From assembly GCA_001662655.1 (NCBI GenBank), contig KV460230.1: a DNA stretch of 64,000 nucleotides, one strand, 5' to 3'. Below the pieces are notes generated by a model, which saw nothing but the letters and a program-made list of their open reading frames with translations, did not search any database and was not told where the DNA came from. Shown one piece after another: positions 24,697 to 37,574 of the stretch. The DNA comes from Pseudogymnoascus verrucosus (lineage: Eukaryota). How positions within the stretch are numbered: the first letter of the stretch is position 1; each line of letters opens with the position of its first letter. Made by a program: the position numbers and the translations under genes.

Positions 24697-27585
24697 ATGG
24701 CGACCATCACCTCCAGCAACCATGGATCACACCCCAGCATTTCCTTCAGCAACGAAGACGGGCAAACATCTTACAGCATGTACGCCGAAACCTCAAACTC
24801 TCCTCGGTCGCCAGTCTTCCCTCTGGATGACAACCTGAGCACCGACGGACCTCTTCCGAACCCTCCATTCGTCTTCCCCGCCCGTCCAGCATCTACACCA
24901 TCATCCTTCTCTCGTGCTGGGCGTAGACCTCAATCCGCATACGACCTCCCCAAGCAGTCAGGACTCAACCAGGACTTTCAGCTTGGTGGAGGCCGGTCTG
25001 CACCCCCACCTCTCCCAAGCTTCTCGTTCAACCCAACAGCTGCTGCAACACTGGACTCAGGCATCTACAGCCCCCCACTGTCACCGATGTCACCTACGGG
25101 TGGCAGACCAATACCTTCAAGGCCAGCTGGGCACAGAAGAGGAGGTAGTGAGTTCATCGGGGGTGACGGCAAGACCGGAGCGGGCAGTCTTCTCAGCACA
25201 AGCCCAACAAAAACAGAAGGGCACCTCCCCCCACCTAACCCAAGCGTGCCTTCTGGCCCTCCTGGTGGCAGACGAGGCCATGCTCACAGACGATCTGCAG
25301 CCATTTCATGCCACGATCTGTCCGCAATCATGAAACCGCAAATGCCGGCTGCTGCTCCTCTCGGTGGTAGCGCCCCAACTAGCCCTTCGGAGGCACAATC
25401 CGATGCAGCGTTGGCGACCTCCCTGGACAACGCTATACAATCCGGATTGGAAAATGCGAAAGTATCCGATACGGTCACGACACCGCCAATCCCAGCGGCG
25501 ACCACAACACGCCTCCCAAAGACAACCAGAGTGGGCTTCTCTGATAATATCGAGTTTATACCCCGCCCTCTGTCCCTAGTCTCAAGCGATGCTTCGAGCA
25601 CTATGACAGTGCGCCAAGGCCATTCGGCCACTGGCAGTCTCTCCTCGGTCATCTCCCTCGCAGCCGCGAGCCCGCCATCAAAGGACCAACAGCGTGGTCT
25701 CCCAAGCCCAGCTACAAGCCGCAAACCAGACGAGCATCGTCCGAGTACAGCCGGACCAGTTCTTGGTGCATCAAGCCAAGGCCGCTTCTTGGAAGAGACC
25801 GGGGCAATTAGGAGAAGGAACTCCGACCCCTCTATGTCGGAGGAAGCAAACGGCGAGGACTTGCCTCTTACGCCGCGAACTGCCGCAAAACGGTATTTCT
25901 TCTTCAACCAGCATGACGATCCCCTTAGTGATGTGTCTCCAAACCAATCGCGCCCAGTCAGTGCCTCGTCATCTGACAAGACACGGGAGAAGTTCAGTAG
26001 CCCTGCTCCTTCACCAAAGAAGCTTCAGCCTGCACATAAGGACGCAGACCCCACTGAGGGAATGCCCCCAGTCACTCGCAAAACTTCAATGACCAGGAAG
26101 CCCAGCAAGAAACAGAAGAAAGTCAAATCTTGGGCCGGTTCTATCCTATCGCGCAAAGGGAAGCCCCGAAGCTCCAAACACAAGGGGCTTAGTAGAAAAT
26201 CCCCTACACCTCCTCTGCGAAATTATGAGCCTGCTACCTACGATACAACGGAGTATGCCCTTCCATCCCAGACTGAGATTCCGGAACAGACACCAGACAA
26301 AGTTACTCTTCAAGAAACCGCTCCAAGCACTCAAACCAACTTCGCCAATTGGAGACCAAGACATGTCGCTCCACAAGATGACGAGACTATGAGCCCAATC
26401 ATAGATCTCGATGCTGCTCTTGGCCCTTTCAATACTCCAACTAGCCATGACCTGGAATGGGAGTCATCACAGAAGTCTTTTGGCCAAACCAAGAGAAGAA
26501 TGCACAGCGCTGCCGGCATGACCGGCTTCAAGGGGCCAGGCCTGCACTACCACAGACGCACTGAAAGTGCTCCTGAGATGGTTGCATTTGAGAACCCACG
26601 CTTTGGTCTTCACCATATTGGTAGTAGCTCTACTATGGAGGACGTGTTCGAGGAAGATGAAGAGGATGAAGACTGGGAAGAGGTCAAAACTGTGTCACAC
26701 AAGGGATCTACAATCAGGCCCGATGATGATGAATCCTCTGGTCTTGGCATTGAGATTAAGGTTGTTGATGCAGAGAGCGGTCACGATAACGTCATGGACT
26801 GGACTTTGGACCAAGGCAGCAATTCTCAACGAGGCCTGAAGAGAAAGACCAGCGCTTTGAGCGAGGGCGAAGGCTTGCAAACTGCATCGAGCATGAATTC
26901 TGCCCGGTCCGTAAGCCCATTGAGGGAGACATTTACAATGGAGGACCTCAACCCTCCTCCAAGGATTGGAGATGACACGATCATCACGAGGCCGATTTCG
27001 AGCTCAAAATCGTCTAGCACCTCTACGCCACCATTCCGAGCGGTTGCTTCCAAAGATCTCGCGCCAATGGATATCCAGCCATACTCTATCCAACCGCCAT
27101 ATCTCACACCAACCACACCCAATTCGATCTTCCAATCGCCGTTCCCATCTCCGCGTTCGCCCGTTTCCTACGACGCCCGCAGAATGTCGACCGCCCCATC
27201 CTCTATTCTCGATGAGCCAGGCTTCAACCCCCTCTGGCTTGGAGAACCCGGCCCTGAGATTCGCATGTCTGTGGACGAGGTCCCATCCTTGACGAGCAGC
27301 AACTCCACCATGACTCGAGAGAGCATGATGAACCCTGGCTTCGGAAACCCTCAGTTCCGCAACGGACAGCGGTCTGCCTCGCTTTCCAACCCGACTGTGA
27401 ACCGCAAGCGGTCTAGCATTGCTAGTCTCTCGCGCCTCCTCAGCTCGCACGGAGAGAAGAGCAAGCTCTCCATTGAAGAGAGCGCTGATGACTTCCCAGA
27501 GTCGAAGAAGGAGAGCAAGGGGAAGCGTATTAGCCGCATGATGCAGTTTTGGAAACCGAGCAAGTCGGAATCCTCAGACGCATGA
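24697..27585 (+). CDS. Large Ser/Pro-rich conserved fungal protein (commonly labelled 'cell wall proline-rich protein'); probable 5'-UTR intron 24411-24656
   Basis: 962-aa ORF with conserved-looking blocks HRRGGSEFIGG, RRGHAHRRSAAISCHDLS, IDLDAALGPFNTP, HRRTESAPE. No signal peptide, so the cell-wall label is doubtful. Confidence 0.88.
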   Translation: MATITSSNHGSHPSISFSNEDGQTSYSMYAETSNSPRSPVFPLDDNLSTDGPLPNPPFVFPARPASTPSSFSRAGRRPQSAYDLPKQSGLNQDFQLGGGRSAPPPLPSFSFNPTAAATLDSGIYSPPLSPMSPTGGRPIPSRPAGHRRGGSEFIGGDGKTGAGSLLSTSPTKTEGHLPPPNPSVPSGPPGGRRGHAHRRSAAISCHDLSAIMKPQMPAAAPLGGSAPTSPSEAQSDAALATSLDNAIQSGLENAKVSDTVTTPPIPAATTTRLPKTTRVGFSDNIEFIPRPLSLVSSDASSTMTVRQGHSATGSLSSVISLAAASPPSKDQQRGLPSPATSRKPDEHRPSTAGPVLGASSQGRFLEETGAIRRRNSDPSMSEEANGEDLPLTPRTAAKRYFFFNQHDDPLSDVSPNQSRPVSASSSDKTREKFSSPAPSPKKLQPAHKDADPTEGMPPVTRKTSMTRKPSKKQKKVKSWAGSILSRKGKPRSSKHKGLSRKSPTPPLRNYEPATYDTTEYALPSQTEIPEQTPDKVTLQETAPSTQTNFANWRPRHVAPQDDETMSPIIDLDAALGPFNTPTSHDLEWESSQKSFGQTKRRMHSAAGMTGFKGPGLHYHRRTESAPEMVAFENPRFGLHHIGSSSTMEDVFEEDEEDEDWEEVKTVSHKGSTIRPDDDESSGLGIEIKVVDAESGHDNVMDWTLDQGSNSQRGLKRKTSALSEGEGLQTASSMNSARSVSPLRETFTMEDLNPPPRIGDDTIITRPISSSKSSSTSTPPFRAVASKDLAPMDIQPYSIQPPYLTPTTPNSIFQSPFPSPRSPVSYDARRMSTAPSSILDEPGFNPLWLGEPGPEIRMSVDEVPSLTSSNSTMTRESMMNPGFGNPQFRNGQRSASLSNPTVNRKRSSIASLSRLLSSHGEKSKLSIEESADDFPESKKESKGKRISRMMQFWKPSKSESSDA

Positions 27586-28316
27586 GCATTGAGTGAAGGA
27601 AGAGAGAGAGAGTGGAGGATTCGTTTTTTGCTCACTAATTATGCGAAAACCCTCACCACTACACTACATATTTGCAAAACAACACGAGCGAGCAAAGCAA
27701 GCGTGCGTGCGACTTTGAAGCATCAACAACACTGAAGAAATCGACACTTTTCTCGATTTTTAAACAAACAATTCCAACTTTCCGGAATATGGATATAAAA
27801 CGACTTTCATAACGAGCTCCTGCGGAATTGTGTTTTTGTGTTCCCTGTTTCCCTGGTTCCTGGTATCATGGCGTTACTTCCTTTTTTAAATCATTAGATT
27901 TTTTGTGCATTACTGAGAGGGGGGAGGCGAAAGGGCCTATAAATAAGATCCTCTCTTCATGTTATATCTGTAGAGCGAGTGTGCATAACAATGATACTTT
28001 ACATGTGTAAAAATCAACCGTCCAGATCAGTGACCAAAATATGTCGTGAATAGTGATAATCCCATCCCATACACATGCCGCGGCACCAACCGTCACCCTC
28101 CTGTCAGCCTCGCAGCTCGGTAAGCTCCGCCACTCCAGCCTCGGGCCAGCTCCAACCGCCAACACTCACGCCTCACATGAAAACCAACTCTCCAACCACC
28201 ATCACCAACACCTCAAATCCCCAATCCCACCTCCACCAAACACACCAACTTCAAAACCCATGCCGCCCTCCTCCAAAGCAGCAAGCAACATCTCCTTCCA
28301 CACCGCCCGCACCACC

Positions 28317-28915
28317 ATGTCCCCTCCCTCCCGCTCCCCCCTCAAGCGTCTGCACGCCGAGCTCTCGGCGCTGCAATCTCTCGGCGCCCGCCCCGCGAGC
28401 GATGGCAGCGCCATAGAGCGCCTCGAACCGGTTGATACGGATGATTTGTTTAAGTGGGAGGCGGTTGTTAAGGGGAGGGGGTTGGGGGGGGGGTATGAGG
28501 ATGGGAGGTGGTTGTTGGAGATTGAGGTGCCGGAGCAGTATCCGAATGCGCCGCCGAAGGTGAGGTTTAGGACGAGGGTTGTGGGGAGTAATGTTGATTT
28601 TGAGGTATGTACACCATATTTGTCTCATCGCTGCTCTGTTTGGGAGTGCGTGTGAGGGAGGGGGTGGGAGGGATGGCGGCTAATTGATGATAGACTGGCG
28701 AAGTCTGCCTTGATCTCCTGAAGGATAATTGGTCCCCAGCCTACACCCTCGAGAAGACGGTCGAGGCCGTAGCACTCATGCTCGCGAACCCCGGGGTGGA
28801 CAGCCCGCTGAATGTGGATGTTGCAGCGTTGTTGAGGAGTGGTGATGCCGTGGGCGCGGAGAGTCTTGTTCGGTGGGCAGCTGCGGAGAGTTGGGGGCGG
28901 TATGAGGGGAAATAA
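28317..28915 (+). CDS. PEX4: Ubiquitin-conjugating enzyme, Pex4/Ubc10 type; exons 28317-28604, 28694-28915 (alternative in-frame start 28260)
   Basis: LKRLHAEL, DLFKWEAV, YPNAPPKVRF, NVDFE-TGEVCLDLLKDNWSPAY, DSPLNVDVAALLRSGD. Confidence 0.85.
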
Positions 28916-29432
28916 GCTTGTGGAATAAGTGGAGGAAGGAGGGGGGGTTGTAGGCTCGAAGAGTGGGTACGGGGGGATATATATATACTTCGTGGGGAGC
29001 GATGGCGTTTTGCTTTCGATACATGGCGAATGAATGGTCAAGAGATTGAGCTTTTGGATGGATGGATGGATGGATGGAGAGAGGGAAGAAATTGTATACA
29101 CCCGTAGATACGTGCGTGGAGTTTGTAGGACAAGGAAGCAAATCTCATATTATAGGATCTCTCGCTGATCCATTAGACACATCATCGTCACTGGTTTATA
29201 CTGTGGAGTGAGATATGATCGATAGCCATACAGGCTCTATTCTTCTATTATCTGTATCTATGCAGGAGCGCTTGAATCTATATCTATATCTATAGCCATT
29301 CAGGATAAAGCCAGTAGACATAACCGTCCAAGAACATGAGGGCACCAACCAACCCGCTTTGCTCATGATGCCCCTTTAACCCACCCCAAAATCTACCAAC
29401 CCCCCTTCTCTTCATAACACGCCGACCGCAGT

Positions 29433-32400
29433 CTAAGCCTCAGCGTTACTAGTAGGCGTAGCCTGGCCATCCTCCTGCAACAGCATCCTCGCCACCATCT
29501 GCTCCCCCTTCATCTCCATATCCTCCTCCCCGGACACCTTATTATCAAGCTCCAACTTGCTCTGCCCAAGAGCATATATCTGCTCCTCGATCGTGCCCTT
29601 GGTAACCAACCTCACCACCTCCACCTCCCTCGTCTGGCCCACGCGATGCGCGCGATTCTCAGCCTGGATGTCATCCTGAGGATTGAAGGAGCTGTCAAAG
29701 ATGATGACTTTGTTAGCGTACATCAGATTGACGCCTGTTCCGCCTGCACCAGTGCTGAGGAGGAAAGCAGTGATAGTTTCGTCGTCGCGGAAGTCATCGA
29801 TGAGGGTCTGCCTCTCGTTGACCTTTGTAGCGCCGTCAAAGCGGGTATGCTGGATGAGTTCAGTCTGGAAAACTGCCTCGATGATGTCAAGCACCAGCGT
29901 GAACTGCGAGAAGACGAGGACGCGGTCGCCGTTCGCTTTGTACTGCTTGACGAGGCGGACGATGGCGTCGACTTTACCGCTGTTCATCCAGGTCAGGTCG
30001 GGGGTGTCGAATTTCTTGATGCAGGGGTATCGTAGACACCAGGTGTGTAGGTAGTAATCCTGCAGAAGCTTCATCTCCATCAAGATCTTGTCTCGCGGCT
30101 GGCTGAACTCATCCGGCTCGTGTCTCCTCAGTAGATCTACCATCTTCTCGAGTTTGTCGTCGGTGAAGTGGCGGCGGAAGAGCATGGGATGGATGGCCGC
30201 CTTGCGCAGCTGCATGAGCGGGTTGTTCTCCCCATCATTGGGCACTTTGCCACCTGAGAGTCGGAGCTGGGCGCGCTCACGGGCGCGGCCGCGGAGTCCG
30301 TTGTAGATTTCAGCTTGCGAGGAGTGCATTTCGCAGTATTCCACTTTGCAGATCTTGGCGGGCATGTGCTTCAGCACTTGGGCCTTCTTGCGCCGGAGGA
30401 CGAAGGGGGTAAGCATCGATTTGGCGCGGGTGATTCGCTGGGCTGAGAGAAGTGCCGCGTGGTCTGAGTCGCGGGTGGATGCTTTGTGTTTGAAGATGAA
30501 CTCTAGATCTTCTTGACGCTCGCGGAAAATATCTGGTAGGATAAAGCCGAGCAAAGCTGCAAGCTCCATAAGGTTGTTCTGTAACGGCGTGCCGGTGAGC
30601 AGGAGCCTGAACTGGGCTGGAATCTTGATCAACCCCTGGTACTTCAAAGACTTTGGATTCTTCAAAACGTGGCCCTCGTCGTAAACACATGCATTCGGCT
30701 TCAACCTCCGCATGAATTTGTTGTCCTCTTTTTTGGCAGCAAACTCGTATGTGGAGACAACGACATTGACTTCATCACGAGCATCAAGGATGCGTTCTGC
30801 GATATCCTGGCGCTCTTTTTGGCTGCCATAGTAAGGCTCGACAACCAGCTCGGGTGCGAAGTTTGCAAATTCTCGCAGCCAGTTCTCCAGCGTTGACGGT
30901 GGGACGATGACCAGATGGGGGCCAGTCTCCCCGGTCTCAGCAAGATGTGACAAAAAGGCGATGACCTGGCAGGTTTTCCCTATTCACTGTTAGTAGGAAT
31001 ACTATTAGAGGATATCAGAATAGCCTACCCAGCCCCATATCGTCTGCCAAAATACAACTCAGCTTGTACTTGTACAGAAGCGCCAACCAATTCAAACCCA
31101 CAAGCTGGTAGTCCTTCAAGACAAGAGTACTAGCCATCTTCTCCGGCTTCTTCAGGAACTTATTCTTCCCCTTCTTCGACACGGCCCTAACGTCGTCATC
31201 ACCAACTTCCGACGTCGACTTGCTGCTCGGTGTCCCCAGACCCGAGTCATGGAGATCCTCCTCCAGCGAGACCATTTCTAGTTCACCTCCCTTCGCAGCA
31301 CCATTGACATCAAAGCCCCATCTAGTCATCTCCTCAGTAAGGGGCTTGCCCAGTTCCGAGCACGTAGCAACAAGCGCATCGACAGCTTCGTATCCAGACA
31401 TCATGCTCATCGAGGTGTCGACAATTCGATCACCAATAGGAGCCCTAGCGCTTTGCTTTCCGGTCTTCGTTTCCTTTGCATTGGAAACTTCCCTAGCACT
31501 ATCCAAGTTCCCAAACGGACGCTTTGATAGGAAGAATTCCGCGACGTCGGGCTTGATATTTGCCAAATCGATGAGGTCCCCCTTGCTGCACTTGTTCAAG
31601 AAGCTCAGGACGCGACCTTCCAGCTCAGGGTTATCCTCCTCCTCCGACGCAGCATCAGAATCGTAGTCTTCAGCATCGGAGAGGATAATCTCTTCAACCT
31701 CTTGTATTTTCTCCGGGACCTGTTTCTTCGGTGACGGCTCAGGCGGCCCCATTGGAGACGACGGATCCGGGTTTCGACGCCCCTGCATCAACTTCCTCTT
31801 CGGCTTCGGGGGCGTTACAGCAACTGGTGAAGCTGGCACAAGCGGGACCTTCTTCTGGTACTGCGTTGACGAATACCTCTCCTGGATAGAAGCAATAGGC
31901 TGTTTAAGCTGACGCCTCATCTGCGGCTCCACCGCCTCGACCACCGGCTGAGCCTTCGGTTTCGCAACACCCTTCTTGCTCTCATCGTCGTCGGAGTTGA
32001 TTTCAATGACATCCAGAATATCGAAGACCATAACAGTTGCATCGTCAACTCTCCCATGGCACTTGATAATGCAATCCACAATCTGGTAGATCTTGGCCTG
32101 GGGAGCGACTTTCAGGACCCGCTCGACTTTCCGTTTCAGCACAAGATCATGAATATCATCCATCCCATAATCCGTCCCCGTCGGCAGCGCCCTCGCCGGT
32201 CCGCTCTGCATCGGCGTCTTCCGCTTAATCCCATTCACCGACCCCTCCCTCTCAAACATCGCCGTCGTCGACACCGGCGGCTTGAACGTCGATATCAGAT
32301 CCCTGAAACTAGGACCACTAGAACCCAACGGGCTACCAAAAGTAATCTTGCTCCTCGCCTTAAAGATAGACGGCTTAATATCCGCCGCCGAATCCTGGAT

Positions 32401-32958
32401 CTCGTCATCCGAACTCCCGCCCTGGTACGTCGGCCCATCGTTCTCGTCGAGGTCAATGACCTTCGTCTTCGTAGGCTCCTTCTGCACACCATTCGGCACC
32501 TTAAACGCAGTTCCCGCGGGCGCCATCAACGACGCAATGCGCCCCGGTGCAACCTGCGATGGCGGGCTACTCCTCGAGTTCCCTGCAAACGGCGAAGAAG
32601 CAGGCACGAGAACTTCTTCCCTGGTGGTGCCGGCTAGATTGAACCCCGGCGCCGAGGTGTCGATAATCTGCGTTGGCTGCGTGAAGTGCTTCGACTCCGG
32701 CACGATCCCCTCGAAGAGATCATCGCCACTGTCGTCAGCGGAATTATACCCGTTGCCTTGGTATCCCCCTGCTGTCTTCTGACGCTTCGCTGCTGGGGAG
32801 TCTGGGACGGATGGCGGGTCCCTGGAGGTGACGTTGGGGAACGCCATGGTTGGCAGCGGGTATGGTGGTGGTCGAGAGGATTGGATTCGATCGGGGCGGT
32901 GCTTCACGTAGTTAGTTAGAGTGCCCTGTCGCGTCTGGTTCTCCGTGGCTCGAGCCAT
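29433..32958 (-). CDS. FUN30: SNF2-family chromatin remodeler, Fun30/SMARCAD1/Fft type; intron 31028-30980
   Basis: LKDYQLVGLNWL, CILADDMGLG-KTCQVI, VPPSTLENWLREF, DEGH, LLTGTPLQNNL, QAENRAHRVGQ. Confidence 0.92.
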
Positions 32959-33539
32959 GGTTGCGGCGGTGAGGGTGGAAGGTAGAGTAGCAAAAGGAAA
33001 GAATTAACGTTAAGGGGGCGCAAGATCAAGTAACTCACCACGCAGGTCCTGTTAATCCTCCCAGCGAAACAAAGTCTCACAAAAAAAAACCCTCTCGCAG
33101 TCCCCCCACAAACCCCTTTAATCCAGTCTCAAGTACAGCTCAAACAAATCCCCCTTTAGCAGCCTTTCCTCTCTTTAATCAAAAGACCGTGGGCAGCGCA
33201 ACGAAGGCGTGAATCTTTTTCCCCAAAAAACCAAAAAAACGACCCTGAACCACACCAGCGTTGCCCACTATCGCGATAATTCGCCTCTGCCAGAAAACCC
33301 GCGCTAAGTAAAACCGGCCCGTCCGTCTGTCCTGTCCTAACGCGCTCCATCCACTCTACGCGACCGGGACGCGCAGTCAGCGGACTAAGTTAAGGCCGTC
33401 GTCACGCTACGCCACGCGAGTTTAGCAGCAAGCAGCAGCCTCGTTTACGTCGCAGCCTAGCCTTATCACAGGCCCTCTTCACCACCTTGCATGTCAACCA
33501 ACTAAGATCAATTCCAATATCGAGATCTTGATAGATATA

Positions 33540-34066
33540 ATGGCGACACGACGCTCTAATGCCGTCCCAGCAACGGGGGAGAAGACCCTAGCTGAGGATT
33601 TCAAACAGCCGCTGGGACAGCCGTCTATTACTGCTCCTGCTGTGCCCATGTGGGTCCCCCCCCTCTCCTACCACCCCATCCAGGGTATCACTTCCTACAC
33701 GCAGGACCAGTCCCTAACCAAGCACCAGGCATGTCATCGTCAAGCTCCTCGCCTTCACCTTCGCCATGGTCGTCGTGCCAATCGGCTCCTACTTCCTGAC
33801 TCTGGATTTGGTGTTCTCTGGTGCGTTTCCCCCACCTGCCCCTTGTCACGTTTGAAGTTCCCCGAAAGGGTCCTATTATTGTTCATTTTGGAGTATGTAA
33901 GTGTGTGAAAGGGCTTGGGTTAACGGTACTAGGCAACTCGACGTTCGCAGGCGCTACGGCAGCGATCATGGCTAACGTGGTGCTGGTGGGCTACATCATC
34001 GTAGCTATGCGAGAGGACCAGAGCGAGGCCATCGAGGCGGCCGAGCGGGAGAGGAAAGGGCGCTGA
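33540..34066 (+). CDS. VMA21: V-ATPase assembly factor Vma21; three exons
   Basis: Spliced product APAVP-MHVIVKLLAFTFAMVVVPIGSYF...G-NSTFAGATAAIMANVVLVGYIIVAMRED; two TM helices; basic C-terminus RKGR*. Confidence 0.93.
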
Positions 34067-34671
34067 GTGGTGCGTTCAGCTTTGGAATTCTTCTCTACGA
34101 CAGTATGTGCATGGTTCAGGCGTTTACTTGTAAGGCAGAAACTGAAAAGGGAATTTTTGTGTATTATTATAAAAAAAACCCCCATTTTATCAATCTGAGC
34201 CTCGCTATTTGTTTTATGTTTCAAAAAAAGAGCAAAAAACATAATCAGAAGTTATAATCAAATACTGATGCTAGACAAGCGTGTTTCTTCCCTGTTTATA
34301 TCATCCCATTCCCGCTTGCAAATTTCCCGCTGTTGTTGCCCGTGAAAGAAGACTGAATTACCAGTGATAGTAGTAGCCGTGGTTCGTGCTATCCCTTTTG
34401 GCAGCAAAGTCGCTGCCGACCCCCCCACCCCCCCTTTCCTATAAGCTCCCCCTCCAGTGAAAAGCAAGCCGCCCTATATTCTAATACAAAGAATATCCCC
34501 CGAAACGCCGTTTGACGAATCCAAGTCGCAGAAAAAAAAAAAAAAAAAACTTTCCAGCCCCCAGCTAAAGTCCCAATCTTCATTTGCAACCCCCCGTATT
34601 TTTCACATAAAGCCATTACCATAAGAAAAGAAAAACAAACTCCACCCTAAAGCATGTTAAGATCGGATCCT

Positions 34672-36321
34672 CTACGATTTGCTAAATCGCTTCGAGAACC
34701 AGCTCTTGCGCTTGTCCGGCGCGGCTTTGGGGAGATCGTATTGCGGCGTCGGTTCACCGGGCGCGGATTTACCCAGCTTGATCGGGACGCGCGGGGGGGC
34801 TCTGTCCTTGACCGGCGGTAGGGGTCCGCTGTTCTGAGATGGGTATCCGGCTGCCTGGTAGCCCTGTTGGACGCCTCCAACTGGGTATTGCTGCTGGCTG
34901 CTTTGATAACCATACTGTCCGTTTGACGGAGAGTTGTTACCGTAGTCAGCCTTTGAGATCGGCGCGACTCTGTCAAATGAGCTGTTGTCGCTGCTTGGAT
35001 CGGTGCTGTAACCAAGAGGCTCCGCAGAACTGCCACTTCCGGCAGCGGTGGTTACAGTCTCATATGATTGCGCGTTGCCATTTAGCGGGTAGACTCCAGC
35101 CATGGTGTTCAGGGCCGGCTCCGAGTCGTTGCGAGGGTAACGTGAGCGGTTTGGGAAGTAACCATTGTTACTGTTATTGTTGTAGTAGCTGTCGGGCCTA
35201 GACCCATTGCCATATGCATACCCATCGTTTCGGTAAGACTGGCGTCCGCCATAACCATTGCCTTGATGGTTCCTGGGTGCCATGCCGTTCATAGTGGATC
35301 CTATAAGAAAATCGCCTGTTAGCCGCCTATCCGAACCAACTCCACGAGAAATAAAATGCGCAACTAAAACAAGCGTTGAGATCACCCAACTGCCAACCCC
35401 ATAAATATTTCCACTGGAAAAAAATAGCATGTTTTCCATGCTGTGGAAATACCGCGGTTGACAGTGAGTGGGCCAATGCACAAACCCTGCTCACTTGCTC
35501 GTGATTTACAGTGATGGCTTGCGAACTAAGGGAGGATGCGCTCAATAGGCAGTCATGAGCCACACCATAAATAGCACCATTTGCAGGAATACGAGGCAAC
35601 GCGCCCAAAGAAAAGCCGCTTATTGACATACCTCCATAGTAACTCGAGCGGCGAGATTCTGTCGCCCCATCTGAACTCGAAGTCAGTAAAAGAACTGTAA
35701 AAATTGAGTTTTTAGAATTTAATGGGGGCTTACCATAACGTCCTGATTTCCGGGCATAGTTTCCATCTATAGCTGCCTCAAAGGATCTAATTGTATCGAG
35801 CGGCCTCTCCCATCTGCTTCGTGTAGGGTTTGAGCGATCTGGGTCGGCTATTTCATTGACAATTAGCCCATGTATTCCTCGTTGCATTGTGCATCGGGTT
35901 GAACTAACCGATTGGGAGGCCGTATGTATCTCTATGTTGAACCTCACGCAGTGACGCCAAACGTGTCGAATGGTCATTGGCAATATCAGCTGTTAAAGCA
36001 CGTTAGTAAATGCAACTTTGCGACCAGGTGCGCCTCTTTATCTCGTAACTTACATGGCTGTGCCTCGGACATGGCCAAACGAGGGTCTGCCTTCGTACTC
36101 AACCTGCGCGCGGCCTTCTCGCGCGGCGTCTCCTGTATCTCAACCTTTGGCGTGCTCCCATAGCTATCCTGCGACTTGTGACTCCGGATGCTGAAGCCAG
36201 ACTTCGATCTGGGCCTAATGGACGGCCTCTGTTGCGCCTGGGGGCGCTGCTCCTGGGTCGGTTGCGGCGGAATCGGCGGAAGCTGATGCGGCGCGTACGC
36301 GGGTTGCTGCGGTTGGGTCAT
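34672..36321 (-). CDS. DUF2406-type conserved fungal protein, about five exons
   Basis: KADPRLAMSEAQP and DPDRSNPTRSRWERPLDTIRSFEAAIDG motifs in successive exons bounded by canonical splice sites; basic C-terminus KRKSWFSKRFSKS. Confidence 0.85.
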
Positions 36322-37502
36322 GTTTGCGACTTATCGTGAATTTGTCGTGGGAAGTGTAGATTCGTCTTTGGGGACGTAGACGTAGACGTCGGTGTCGTTC
36401 TGTTTGTGGAATATGGCGGTGGTGTGAGTGGAACGAGCGTGAATAGTAGTAAACTATTAGATCAACAACAAATTGTAGAGGGTATCATTCGACAGCCTGT
36501 AAATAAATTGGTCGTCGATAGCGTTCAATCCTTCACTATATCGTATATGTGTTGAAGTATGTCCCTTTTCTTCTGATCCGCCGAGGATTCCGGGGAATAA
36601 ACAGGTGTGAGTGTCGAAAGAGGCTTGGATATTCAATGAGGTTGGGGCGACAACGTGGATTGGTGCTGACGTAGTGAGAAAGCGGCGCAGGCTAATTGAT
36701 CGAAAGCAACAATTGCATGAGGTTGACGGACTAGGATCAAAATGGAAAACACACACAAGGATCAAATGAGAACAGTAACGGTATGTCGATAGATAAATCT
36801 GAAAACGAGGGAACCCTATTCTTTGACGATACGATGATGTTTGGAGGAAGTTGTTAAGAGATGTAAAAGCTCGAGGAATTCTTGGAAAGATTTCGCAGGG
36901 AGGCGGGCGTGTTGCTATCCTGGCCTATTATGGGCGCATTCGCATTGGGGATGGGATGGAGGGACTAAGAGTAACCTGCTGGCTGGCGCTGCGAGGTGAT
37001 GTGTGGTGGTGTGTGGTGGGGAAGGGAATGATAGGCAGCATGACGACGACGGGGGAGAAGGAGGTGGGTGGAGTGGACGGTGGAGGGGGGCACTTGGGTA
37101 GCGTAGCGTATGGTAGTATGGTAGCGGATGTACCTTCTGCGCCTCGTCCCTCCGTCCCTCGTATCGAAAAAGTTTCGGTGTTCGGGCGGCGCATGTCAAG
37201 GGATAGGTGTGGTGTCTGGTCTGGACGACGGATGTTTCGCTCCAAACGCGGAGATACATCCGTCGACGGCGAGATGCAGGCAAGTATTGTTAGTATTTGC
37301 GTATAATATGCACAATATTCATAATATGCATAGCATAGACAGCTATAATACAGTATAATCTTCGTGCCATCTGGTGGAGTCCCTCTTTCTGACTTAGATC
37401 TCGACCTTAAATGTCTTGTAACTGTGCTACGAAACCACATTTCATGCCATCAGAGGGCTGCACGCATCCGCCTTGGTGTGGAGCAGGTACGGTACTGGGC
37501 CA

Positions 37503-37574
37503 AGGTACTCCCATCAGGTACTCCCATAGGTACTCCCACAGGCACTTGTAGGTACTCTCAACAGGAACTCCCAT
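37503..37574. repeat. 12-13-bp tandem repeat AGGTACTCCCAY, ~6 degenerate copies
   Basis: aggtactcccatc aggtactcccat aggtactcccac aggcacttgt aggtactctcaac aggaactcccat. Confidence 0.85.

Noticed and set aside
28317..28915. Possible duplicate pair with the E2 at 57664-58261
   Set aside because: Different E2 subfamilies (Pex4-type versus acidic-loop Ubc7/Ubc15-type); ancient paralogues, not a local duplication.
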